Assembly (NCBI GenBank): GCA_964385185.1
Contig: CAYLOA010000002.1
Span: forward strand, 1-64,000
Length of the DNA stretch: 64,000 nt
Direction: 5' to 3'
Source: an uncultured Methanosarcinales archaeon
GTDB taxonomy: Archaea > Nanobdellota > Nanobdellia > Woesearchaeales > CALCXY01
Part shown: piece by piece, positions 1-8,846 of the stretch
Layout of the letters: each line of letters opens with the position of its first letter
How positions within the stretch are numbered: position 1 is the stretch's first letter
Notes under the pieces: generated by a model
The model's database searches: none
The model's input: only the letters and a program-made list of their open reading frames with translations
Told to the model about the DNA's origin: nothing
Made by a program: the position numbers and the translations under genes

Positions 1-710
1 AAGTCGTCTGTATACATATGATCTTTTGTTACATTCCATAACTGCGTCTTCTCTCCAGGAGTCATATAGCCTGGTAATTTTCTTTCAAACTCTTTCTCTT
101 TTTGTTCTAACTCTTTTTTAGTCATTCCTAGATATTCAAATGTTAATTCCCCATCATTTTCACCAGGATAAAAACTCTCAGGAGGCTCTGCAACTCCAAC
201 GATGTCATACATTCTACCTTCTTTTAGTTTTTCTTCTAAAACTTGAGAATTAAAATATGTTGTTCTCGTGCCTGCTTTATGTCCTTGAATTATTATAGGT
301 TCCCAACCTTTTTCACCAAAAACGAATTTTTCTTTTCCAGGAAAAGAGCCAACAGTAAGGTCTCCGATTTCTAGTGCGCTTACACTTTCCCTATATCTAG
401 TCATATGAGCTCCGAGGTAGGCTTTTGATGCTTTGTTAAGTTCAGCTGTTGGTACGTTAGTTATCGTCTTTCTCATAATCGTATTAACTGCTTGTGCAAT
501 GTCTTGACTAGGTCCTATAAAACGATTAATCCATTGAGCTGAGGCAGAATAGGTTTCAAAATCTCCAGGTGTCATTACTTGTAGCCCAGGATACTGTTGG
601 ATAGAAATTGGTTTTTTCTTTGGTTTTACTTTTGTTACACCTAGCTGAAATCCGAATTGTTGTCTAAACCGTTGTGATCCTTTGTCCAGTTTGTTAGGTC
701 TTCCTTGCAT
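1..710 (-). CDS. hypothetical protein, runs off the window (partial)
   Basis: Manual translation: open frame from ATG at 710 (MQGRPNKLDKGSQRF...) to the window edge with no stop. Absent from the ORF track. Confidence 0.7.
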   Translation of the reverse strand, partial: MQGRPNKLDKGSQRFRQQFGFQLGVTKVKPKKKPISIQQYPGLQVMTPGDFETYSASAQWINRFIGPSQDIAQAVNTIMRKTITNVPTAELNKASKAYLGAHMTRYRESVSALEIGDLTVGSFPGKEKFVFGEKGWEPIIIQGHKAGTRTTYFNSQVLEEKLKEGRMYDIVGVAEPPESFYPGENDGELTFEYLGMTKKELEQKEKEFERKLPGYMTPGEKTQLWNVTKDHMYTDD

Positions 711-811
711 AAGATTGGGAGAATAATACTTTATTAATAAAAGTTTCCTTCATCGAGTATATATAGTCCAACACGGAAAATCTTATATAGAAAAGGAGGT
801 TGGATATTCAT

Positions 812-1810
812 ATGGAAGAGGCTAGAATCAAAGAGGTGGACAAAGAGAATATGCACCAAGTACTCAAAGAGTTTCCTATCCAGATTCAAAAGGGATGGCA
901 GTTGGCTGAAAATATTAAAATCACGGATAAAATCAGTAAGATTGTTGTTGCTGGTATGGGGGGAAGTTGTCTTCCTGGAGAAATTTTGCAAAGTTATGTC
1001 GAAGATTTTTCAATTCCTATATTTCTAAATCGTGATTATTCCATTCCTGGTTTTATCGATGATGAAACGTTATTTTTTGCAATTTCCTATAGTGGGAATA
1101 CTGAGGAGACGGTTGATGCTCTACGAGCTGCTAAAAAGAAGAATGCTCGAATTATTGTGGTTGCTTCTGGTGGAAAGATGAAGAAATTGGCAGAGGAAAT
1201 GGAATTGACTTATATTGAAGTGCCCTCTGGATTACAACCACGATTTGCTTATGGATATTTATTTTTGATATTACTTAGGATTTTACAAAATAGTAATTTA
1301 GTTGACTCACAAGATGACTGGGTGAGTAAAACTGCAGAAGTTGTTCGTAAAGATATCTTTAAAGAACGTGCAGAAGATTTAAGTGAGAAATTATTGGATA
1401 AAATTCCCATCATATATACTTCTGATCGGATGAAGGCTGTAGCCTACAAATGGAAGATTAATTTTAATGAAAATACTAAGATACCTGCTTTTTACAATGT
1501 ATTTCCAGAATTAAATCATAATGAGATGAACGGATTTGTTAATCTTAATGGAAATTATCACGTTATTATTATCAAAGATGAGAATGACCATGAACGGATT
1601 AAAAAAAGAATGGATATTTTCAAAGAGCTTGTTAAACAACGAGGTGTTGAAGTGACTGAAATTGGTCTATCTGGCCCTAATCGTTTGGCAAAGATTATGT
1701 CTGCAATCTATATTGGAGATTGGGTAAGCTTTTTCTTAGCTATTAGAAAGAAATTGGATCCAACACCTGTTAAATTAGTTGAAGATTTTAAGGGTAAATT
1801 GGTAGAATAA
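812..1810 (+). CDS. bifunctional phosphoglucose/phosphomannose isomerase (SIS domains)
   Basis: GMGGS, SYSGNTEET, FPELNHNE and C-terminal DPTPV motifs. AGGAGGT SD upstream. Confidence 0.92.
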   Translation: MEEARIKEVDKENMHQVLKEFPIQIQKGWQLAENIKITDKISKIVVAGMGGSCLPGEILQSYVEDFSIPIFLNRDYSIPGFIDDETLFFAISYSGNTEETVDALRAAKKKNARIIVVASGGKMKKLAEEMELTYIEVPSGLQPRFAYGYLFLILLRILQNSNLVDSQDDWVSKTAEVVRKDIFKERAEDLSEKLLDKIPIIYTSDRMKAVAYKWKINFNENTKIPAFYNVFPELNHNEMNGFVNLNGNYHVIIIKDENDHERIKKRMDIFKELVKQRGVEVTEIGLSGPNRLAKIMSAIYIGDWVSFFLAIRKKLDPTPVKLVEDFKGKLVE

Positions 1811-1824
1811 AAAAAGAAAAAAAA

Positions 1825-2712
1825 TTAACCCATTTGTGAGAACATTTGGGCTGTTACTGATGTTGCTCCTGCGTTTATGTCTACAGATATTTTAACTTCT
1901 GAGTTGTCATATCCTTCACTAAAATAGGTTCCACCTTTTTTGGTAAAACCAGTTAGTGTTTTTGAGACAGTGCCTCCATCAATATCTATAGCTACTCCTA
2001 CATCTTCAGGGAATAAAAGATTGAGGCTACTTGCCCCTGTTTCTATCTCTGTTTTTGTGGGGTATGTTGCAAAGATTATTGTGGATTCAGTTGCTCCAGA
2101 GGAGATGTGTAGTTCATCCACTTCTAGGTCAGTTAAGTCAATCTGAGCTTCTGCAGCTCCATAGTGGAGGTTGAGTTCAGATTTAATGCCTGGCATGAGT
2201 TCAATACTCCACTCATCAGATTTTTGACCGAATATCTTGTTTCCATGTTTGGTGATTTCAACATCCATTGTTGATCCTTCTTTTTCAAATTCAATCCTTG
2301 GATCTTCAAGGTTGTAGGTATTTATGGAATTTTCTACAAGATTACTGATGTTTCCCGCTTTTATGGTCAACTCTCCTGTTCCAAATCCTAACTCTAGTTC
2401 AATTGAATCGATAGACTCATCAAATGGGACGGTTTGGGTCAATTCCCTGTAGGGTCCTGATTCTCCCGAGATATCTACAAGTCCTTGAATACTGGCCACA
2501 CAGATAAAGACAAGTGTGAGGATAATTACGGTTATCCCTAGGGCTCTTTGTTTATAGATAATGGCTATTCCTGCCAATATTAAGCCAATAGGCCAGTAGG
2601 GTAGGGCTGAAGCCATTATAGGGAAACTAATTACTCCTAATGTTTTTAATAAAAAGAGGAGTCCAAATGCAATTAAGAGTACTCCAATGATGCTTTTTCC
2701 ATTTTTAGTCAT
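1825..2712 (-). CDS. LiaF/LiaI-like membrane protein with C-terminal beta-rich (toast-rack/adhesin-like) domain
   Basis: N-terminal G-LLI-G-LFLL...YWP-LI-G helices and repeated GA-x-I-L beta motifs. Overlaps the pspC-like gene. Confidence 0.7.
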   Translation of the reverse strand: MTKNGKSIIGVLLIAFGLLFLLKTLGVISFPIMASALPYWPIGLILAGIAIIYKQRALGITVIILTLVFICVASIQGLVDISGESGPYRELTQTVPFDESIDSIELELGFGTGELTIKAGNISNLVENSINTYNLEDPRIEFEKEGSTMDVEITKHGNKIFGQKSDEWSIELMPGIKSELNLHYGAAEAQIDLTDLEVDELHISSGATESTIIFATYPTKTEIETGASSLNLLFPEDVGVAIDIDGGTVSKTLTGFTKKGGTYFSEGYDNSEVKISVDINAGATSVTAQMFSQMG

Positions 2713-3119
2713 TTTGCTTTCCTCCTTGAAACTAAGTAAATTCCAATTAAGATGATGATTCCTGGCCAGAGTATGGCATGGGTGATGTGTAATACATTCT
2801 TAAGCAATAGTAAGATTCCTAATGCAACAAGACCTGCCCCAAGGAGGGCAGGTTTGTTTTTTTTGTTTTTGGATAACACTTCTTCAACTTTGGACTTTTT
2901 GGTTGAAGAGTGGTTGGGGTTTTCAGGGACTAGAACCCATGCTGCTATGTAGAGAATCAATCCGACACCGTCAGCTAGTACAAGTAGAATTGCTGCTAGT
3001 CTAATCCAGATAGGATCGACATCAAAATGTTCAGCTATTCCGCCACATACTCCAGCGACCACTTTGTCGTTTTTTGATCTATACAATTTGTTTTTTGTTT
3101 CGTTTTTTTCTTGTTTCAT
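2709..3119 (-). CDS. pspC: PspC-domain membrane protein
   Basis: KLYRS..DKVVAGVCGGIAEHFDVDP..IRL...YIAAW.L.P signature. Confidence 0.88.
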   Translation of the reverse strand: MKQEKNETKNKLYRSKNDKVVAGVCGGIAEHFDVDPIWIRLAAILLVLADGVGLILYIAAWVLVPENPNHSSTKKSKVEEVLSKNKKNKPALLGAGLVALGILLLLKNVLHITHAILWPGIIILIGIYLVSRRKAK

Positions 3120-3240
3120 TTTGTTTATCACCTTTTTTGTTATATCATTGTATTGGATAGATCCTTTATATACTCTCAGTAGAATTGATATGGAGGATTC
3201 CTCCCTAAACGTTTATATATAAAAAAAGATTATTACTGGT

Positions 3241-3900
3241 ATGAGCCTACTAACTTTCCTAAATAGCCAGGTTTTTGCCACAGAAGTAGTATATAATTTT
3301 GTAATTGTTGCCATATGCTTGTATATTTCTATTAAGGCGCACAGTCTGTATGAGCTGAGTAGCCATAAGGGGATAAAATACTTTAGAAATGCTTTCGTGT
3401 TCTTTGCTTTTGGTTTTATACTTAGGTTTGTTCTTAATTGGTTAGGGGGATCGTATGGTATAGAATTTCCTTGGATTATGACCGCCATTGAGGCCTTATT
3501 TCATTATACCATGTCCATGTCTGGGTTTTATTTAGTGTTGAGCCTTATCTGGAAACGATTAACGGGAGTTGTGGAGAAAGAATACACTCTGCATTTTTTA
3601 GGAGTTGCCATAGCTATTCTCAATTTTATTGGATCAACGGATAACTTTATGTTTTTTACGATGCTAGGTATATTGGCCTATGCAATAATTATTAGTTATG
3701 GAAACTATGTTGAAGATGCAGGAAGACATTATTTTCTTCGTCTCTATTATATTGTAATGGTATTAGCTTTTGTGGGGTGGGGTGCTAATTTTCTAGCACA
3801 ATTTGTTATTCCTTTCTATCCTCCCTTTAAGTGGTATGTTTATTTGATTACTTGGACTGTATTTGGGTCATTCTTTTATGGTGTAGCAAAAATACGATGA
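3241..3900 (+). CDS. multi-pass (about 7 TM) membrane protein, possible sensor
   Basis: Seven hydrophobic segments. ATGA overlap with the downstream wHTH gene. Confidence 0.65.
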   Translation: MSLLTFLNSQVFATEVVYNFVIVAICLYISIKAHSLYELSSHKGIKYFRNAFVFFAFGFILRFVLNWLGGSYGIEFPWIMTAIEALFHYTMSMSGFYLVLSLIWKRLTGVVEKEYTLHFLGVAIAILNFIGSTDNFMFFTMLGILAYAIIISYGNYVEDAGRHYFLRLYYIVMVLAFVGWGANFLAQFVIPFYPPFKWYVYLITWTVFGSFFYGVAKIR

Positions 3901-4169
3901 GCAAAAAAAGAGAACGGTTGGAAGTTATCTATGATATGCTTAAATCGGTAGAGTCCCAAAAAGAGATTGGACCCACTCGGCTTTTGTATAGCTCTAATTT
4001 ATCTCCCCAGATGTTTAGAGATTATAAAGAAGAGATGCTTGAGAAGGGATTTTTAGAGGAGAAGGATACAGGGAAAGGAAAAGTTGTGTTTATTTTGATG
4101 GTGAAGGGTTGTTCTTTTTTAGAAAAGTATAAAGTAATATTAGAGTTTGTTGAGAATTTTGGGTTGTAG
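3897..4169 (+). CDS. winged helix-turn-helix transcription regulator (archaeal HTH_45-like)
   Basis: KRERLEVIYDML...TRLLY.SNLS...Y..EM...G.L...KG..FL pattern. Confidence 0.8.
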   Translation: MSKKRERLEVIYDMLKSVESQKEIGPTRLLYSSNLSPQMFRDYKEEMLEKGFLEEKDTGKGKVVFILMVKGCSFLEKYKVILEFVENFGL

Positions 4170-4209
4170 GCTACAAATCTTTATAAATTTTTAAATTAAT
4201 TAATTCTAA

Positions 4210-4707
4210 ATGGCATTCAAATACAAAAATGAACTCTTTAAGACAGTTATTTTTGTAGCTTTGTATGTGTTACTAGGTAATGCAAGGAGTGTCCAAGAGA
4301 ATCCAGTTGTTCCAGGAGCAGTAATTGCCGTTAATATGGTCGTTCCTGTCTTGGCAGGTATTTTGTATGGAAGGGGTCAAGGATTATTGGTGGGTTTTTT
4401 TGGAACGTTATTGGCTGCATTTAGTCCCATAGGGAGTGCTTTTGAGATTGCTGCCATTATTCCTCATAGTATTATGGGATTTTTGGCTGGATATTTCAAA
4501 GATAAAGCACCCACCCCTATCGTTGCTTGCACATTATTTATAGGACATTTGTTGAATATTATTATGTTTGTTTTGTTTTCTTTATTGCCTATATCCCTTG
4601 TTGCTGATGGTCAGTTTTGGATGGGATTATTGTATGAAACCTTTATTGGTATTGTTACTATCATGATTTTAAAAGGAATTATTACACTTGGGCGGGTGAA
4701 GTCATAA
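4210..4707 (+). CDS. ECF transporter S-component-like membrane protein
   Basis: About 5-6 TM helices with G-LYG...G-LVG and H..MG.LAG pattern. Confidence 0.65.
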   Translation: MAFKYKNELFKTVIFVALYVLLGNARSVQENPVVPGAVIAVNMVVPVLAGILYGRGQGLLVGFFGTLLAAFSPIGSAFEIAAIIPHSIMGFLAGYFKDKAPTPIVACTLFIGHLLNIIMFVLFSLLPISLVADGQFWMGLLYETFIGIVTIMILKGIITLGRVKS

Positions 4708-5744
4708 TGGCTGCCACAACTAATACTATTGTTTGGAAAATTATAATTGCAATATTTGTGGCATTATCGGTTTTGTTTGGACTCTTTTTTTATTTTAGTG
4801 GAATTTTTGTAACAATTATTGTTGGATTTGCTCTCATATTTATTGCAGAGAAATTGATGAAAGAATACCAGAAAAGTATTGCAAAGTATCAATTTAAATT
4901 ATGGTTGCGAAAGTTAGTGGGTTTTGGGCTGGTGTTATTTTGGCTTATAGTTGCATTGCTTCTTGTCGGACAGAGTGTGGGACAATTAGCTTCTGCGGTT
5001 GAGCAATTTGCAGAAGGGGAGAGTGTGACGGGTCTTTTGTTTTCTAAGGTGAAAGATAAAATTCCTGGATATATTCAACAACATGTAAGTCACGAGGAGT
5101 TTAGGAAATTTGAGCAAGGTGTCATTGGTTTTTTTAGTGGAGTGATATCACAATTATCATTTTTTGTCGCTAATGGTGTGCTCATTATTCCTTTATTATT
5201 CTATTTGTACTTTAGTCGTTGGAATCGATTGAAGAAGGATATCTATGCAGCTGTTCCTAAAGAATGGCAAGGAGGATTTTTAAGGGCTACCTCTGAGATT
5301 AGTAGACAATTGCACGATTTTTTTGCAGCTAAAGTCATTGAGAGTACGATCATTGGGGCTATCTGTTGTCTTGGATTCTATGTTGCAGGATTAAAAGGGT
5401 GGTTGATACTGGGATTGTTAGCAGGTTTTTTGAATATAGTCCCTTTTATTGGACCGATCATTGGAGCTATCCCTCCTTTGTTATTTGCAGCTTTGGATGC
5501 TCCGATTGTAGCTGCAATTGTAGTCGTTACCATATTGATTGCTCAGCTTGTTGATAATTTGTATTTAATTCCGTTTATGATTTCTTCTAAGGTGAAGATA
5601 GATAGTTTATTGAGTATTATCTTGATATTAGTAGGAGCCCAATTATTAGGCCCTATGGGGATGGTATTTGCAGTTCCTGTGTATTTGATTTATAAAATAG
5701 TTCTTAGAGAGAGTTATAGAGAATTGGTTAAGATTTATGGATGA
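4707..5744 (+). CDS. AI-2E (PerM/UPF0118) family transporter
   Basis: LAGFLNIVPFIGPIIG and DNLYLIP motifs. Confidence 0.85.
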   Translation: MAATTNTIVWKIIIAIFVALSVLFGLFFYFSGIFVTIIVGFALIFIAEKLMKEYQKSIAKYQFKLWLRKLVGFGLVLFWLIVALLLVGQSVGQLASAVEQFAEGESVTGLLFSKVKDKIPGYIQQHVSHEEFRKFEQGVIGFFSGVISQLSFFVANGVLIIPLLFYLYFSRWNRLKKDIYAAVPKEWQGGFLRATSEISRQLHDFFAAKVIESTIIGAICCLGFYVAGLKGWLILGLLAGFLNIVPFIGPIIGAIPPLLFAALDAPIVAAIVVVTILIAQLVDNLYLIPFMISSKVKIDSLLSIILILVGAQLLGPMGMVFAVPVYLIYKIVLRESYRELVKIYG

Positions 5745-5897
5745 CTTTATAGAATATAGAATAGTATCTGCCCTACAAAACCTGCAAATAAAGGAATTAA
5801 TAATAGCAGTTATATAAATGTTGATGGTGGTACCGCATCACATAAATCTTTAATAATACATGAGTGAATCATCTATTCATAATCAGAGGTGGTTTAT

Positions 5898-6095
5898 ATG
5901 GCAAAAGAGGAAACAAAAATTGAACAATTACATCACAAGCTTGAAGAGGCACGTGATAAAGTGGTAGCACTAGAAAAAAAGTTTGAAGGTAAAGTAGGGG
6001 AGCATCCTATTCAATCGTTAGCAATAACTTTTGGTGTAGGAGTTGCTTGTGGCGCTTTATTGTGTGCAATGGCAGGAAGAGGCTGTAATAAGTAA
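5898..6095 (+). CDS. small DUF883/ElaB-YqjD-like tail-anchored protein
   Basis: Coiled N-terminus followed by HP..SLAI.FGVG TM tail. GAGGTGG SD. Confidence 0.6.
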   Translation: MAKEETKIEQLHHKLEEARDKVVALEKKFEGKVGEHPIQSLAITFGVGVACGALLCAMAGRGCNK

Positions 6096-6099
6096 TCAT

Positions 6100-6384
6100 A
6101 TGGGATTTTTAGATGGAATTGGAGATAGTGTGAGTAAATTTGTAGAAGGAGCACTCTCCGAAGCTGTTAAAGGTCTTGAGAAAAAAGTTGACCAACAGAT
6201 TACCCATTTTAAAAAACAAATTATGAAATCTCTTTTTGAGATGGTATTTTTTCTTTTATCTTTAGTTTTTTTAGTATGGGGGGGTATTTTAATCCTTAGT
6301 AATTATTTTTTAATCGAGTATATGTTCATTGGAGCAGGATTTTTATTTTTGTATGCTGGCTTGATGGTTAGATTGATGAAGTGA
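6100..6384 (+). CDS. small two-TM membrane protein
   Basis: Amphipathic N-terminus and two C-terminal TM helices. Follows the DUF883-like gene. Confidence 0.55.
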   Translation: MGFLDGIGDSVSKFVEGALSEAVKGLEKKVDQQITHFKKQIMKSLFEMVFFLLSLVFLVWGGILILSNYFLIEYMFIGAGFLFLYAGLMVRLMK

Positions 6385-6533
6385 TTTGTCGTCTATAATA
6401 ATATTTTATTCTGGATATATCTTAATTTTTGTATTGGGTGTACTTTATTCTACAATTTTTCATATTAAGGTTGATAGATTTTACGAATGTATTGAAAATA
6501 TTAATGATTTTTCTTAGAACAACATAAAAAGAA

Positions 6534-6572
6534 GTAAATGCACCAAGTTAATATCTTGGTGGGTCTCATCCA
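6534..6572 (+). repeat. 39-nt partial copy of the tRNA D-arm end, anticodon arm and variable arm
   Basis: 35/39 identical to 6641-6679. All four differences are A here versus G in the tRNA. Confidence 0.9.
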
Positions 6573-6589
6573 CTAGGAACTTATTGCAC

Positions 6590-6601
6590 GAAGTATAAAA
6601 A
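6590..6601 (+). promoter_or_regulatory. BRE/TATA-like promoter for the tRNA gene
   Basis: gaagTATAAAA ending about 22 nt upstream of the predicted tRNA 5' end. Confidence 0.55.
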
Positions 6602-6621
6602 CTTTATGCATTGTAGGTAAT

Positions 6622-6750
6622 GGCACGGTGGCAGAGCTTGGTAAATGCGCCAGGTTGATGTCTTGGTGGGTCTCATCCAAGTCCCACGCAGGTTCAAAGA
6701 ACCTGCTGGTTCAGTGAATCTAGTGAGGTTGGAAAGTCCCGCTCGTGCCG
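6622..6750 (+). tRNA. intron-containing tRNA gene: long variable arm, G73, anticodon GAT, 38-nt intron at 6699-6736 (position 59/60)
   Basis: Acceptor GGCACGG/TCGTGCC+G. D arm GCA-GAGCTTGGTAAA-TGC. Anticodon arm CCAGG-TTGATGT-CTTGG. Removing a BHB-like intron restores GCAGG-TTCAAAT-CCCGC. Confidence 0.72.
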
Positions 6751-6803
6751 CCTATAATTTTTATCATCTAAATCCTTAAATACTTTTGGAACTAAGATAT
6801 TCT

Positions 6804-8846
6804 ATGAAAATTATTTCCCTAAAATTACAAAATATTAGAAGTTATCTAGATGAAACTATTATTTTTCCAAATGGGAGTATTTTGTTAAGTGGAGATATAG
6901 GTTCTGGAAAATCTACTATCTTGTTTGCTATAGAGTTTGCTTTATTTGGGATGGCAAGAGGGGAAGGAAATGCTTTGTTAAGACAAGGTAAACATGAGGG
7001 AAGTGTTGAGTTAACGTTTGCCATCGATGACAAAGAGTATATTGTCATGAGAAAATTAAAAAGAGCTGCAAGTGTGACTCAAGATGCAGGATATATTATT
7101 ACTGATGGTGTTAAGAAAGAAGGGACAGCTGTTGAGCTTAAATCTGATATTCTAGATATTTTAAATTATCCTAAGGAATTGTTGACTAAGAAGAATTTAG
7201 TGTATAGATATACGGTGTATACACCTCAAGAGTCTATGAAACAGATTTTGCTTGATAATAAAGAGTTTAGGATTGATACGCTAAGAAAAGTGTTTGGGAT
7301 TGATAAATATCGATTGATTAGAGAAAACTGTGATTTAATAGCTAAAGAATTACGAGATCAAGTGAAAATATTGGTAGCGCAAACTGAGCAGTTGCCTGAT
7401 AAAAAATTGCAGGTAGAACATTTACAAAAAGAAATTTCTGCTCATGATGGACGAATTTTAGAGATGCAACCCAAATTAGTGTTGGCTAAACAACAATTTG
7501 AGGAAGGACAGATAGCATTTATCAAAATGCAACAAGAAGTGCAGGCTTTGCAGATTAAAAAACAGCAATATTCTGCTGTAGATAATCAGTTAGTGGGGAA
7601 AACAGAGATGTTTACCCGTCAAGGGTTGGAGAGTGAACAATTAGTAGAAGAGGAGAAAAAATTACAGGTTGAATTGGAAGGGAAGGAAGTTATTGATGTT
7701 GCATCTCAGATCGAGGAGAAAATGAAAGAATCTCAAGTGTTGGAAGGACAACGATTTACTTTGGTGAAACACATCAATGAGGCCACTGTTAAAAAAGACC
7801 AAGCATTGCAAGTGCAACAGAAAATTAATACTTTGGCACATTGTCCCACCTGTGAACAAAATGTTTCAGCCGAGTATAAACAGAAGATACAGGATCGTGA
7901 GGGTGTAATTATCATTGATCAAGATAAAAATATTACTAAGTTTCAAGCAGATCAACAAGCCTTAATGGCCCAAGTTGAAGGGAAGCATAAAGAAATGGAA
8001 TTATTGCGAGTGCAGGAAAAAGAAGTTACTCTTTTGCAACATAAAAAACAACAATTGGAAAATATAAAACTGAAGAAGGAACAATTGGTTGTGGGGAGGG
8101 AACAGATTAAACAGGAAATTGGTGCTTTGAATACTCAGAAATTAGCATTACAGAAAGAATTGAAGTTGCACAAAGATTCTGAAGAAGAGTTTAAAGTTTT
8201 GCAAGTAAAAGTTGATGGCCTTCGTCAAGTGTATCATCAACAAGAATTACAGGTTGCATCTGCTCAGAAAGAGAAAGAAGGTGTTGAACGAATGATTGCC
8301 GTTATTAGAGAAGATGTTGTAAAGATGGAGAGTTATTTGGTACAAATTGATGCTTCAAGGGAGAAAGAGGAATGGTTACGAAAGATGTTTGTTAATTTAA
8401 TGAGCCAGATAGAAAAACATGTAATGGCAAAGTTGTATCATGAGTTTAATGCTTTATTTCAAGATTGGTTTAATGTCTTAATTGAGGATCAGGCATTAAC
8501 GGTAGCGTTAGATGATGAATTTGGTGTTGAGATTACACAGAATGGATACCAAGTGAGTTTAGAGCATATGAGTGGAGGGGAGAAGACGAGTTGTGCACTT
8601 GCTTATCGGCTGAGCTTGAATCAAATTATTAATGATTTAATTGGTGAAGTAAAAACTAAGGATGTTTTGATATTGGATGAACCTACAGATGGATTTAGTT
8701 CTGAACAGTTGGATAAAATTAGGGATGTTTTGAATGAATTGGCTTTAGAACAAATTATTATTGTAAGTCATGAACGGAAGATAGAAAGTTTTGTAGATCA
8801 TGTTATTCAAGTAAGGAAAGAAGAACACGTGAGTAGTGTTAGTTAA
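6804..8846 (+). CDS. rad50: Rad50/SbcC-type SMC ATPase
   Basis: Walker A GDIGSGKST, coiled coil with CPTC zinc hook, SGGE signature, LDEPT Walker B, SH switch. Confidence 0.88.
   Translation: MKIISLKLQNIRSYLDETIIFPNGSILLSGDIGSGKSTILFAIEFALFGMARGEGNALLRQGKHEGSVELTFAIDDKEYIVMRKLKRAASVTQDAGYIITDGVKKEGTAVELKSDILDILNYPKELLTKKNLVYRYTVYTPQESMKQILLDNKEFRIDTLRKVFGIDKYRLIRENCDLIAKELRDQVKILVAQTEQLPDKKLQVEHLQKEISAHDGRILEMQPKLVLAKQQFEEGQIAFIKMQQEVQALQIKKQQYSAVDNQLVGKTEMFTRQGLESEQLVEEEKKLQVELEGKEVIDVASQIEEKMKESQVLEGQRFTLVKHINEATVKKDQALQVQQKINTLAHCPTCEQNVSAEYKQKIQDREGVIIIDQDKNITKFQADQQALMAQVEGKHKEMELLRVQEKEVTLLQHKKQQLENIKLKKEQLVVGREQIKQEIGALNTQKLALQKELKLHKDSEEEFKVLQVKVDGLRQVYHQQELQVASAQKEKEGVERMIAVIREDVVKMESYLVQIDASREKEEWLRKMFVNLMSQIEKHVMAKLYHEFNALFQDWFNVLIEDQALTVALDDEFGVEITQNGYQVSLEHMSGGEKTSCALAYRLSLNQIINDLIGEVKTKDVLILDEPTDGFSSEQLDKIRDVLNELALEQIIIVSHERKIESFVDHVIQVRKEEHVSSVS

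Noticed and set aside
6534..6679. Diversity-generating retroelement TR/VR pair (adenine-specific differences)
   Set aside because: Only 39 nt, non-coding, all changes are A/G transitions, and no reverse transcriptase is in the window.
6622..6750. tRNA-Sec or tRNA-Pyl
   Set aside because: The anticodon is not TCA or CTA, and the stems fit a 7/5 fold.
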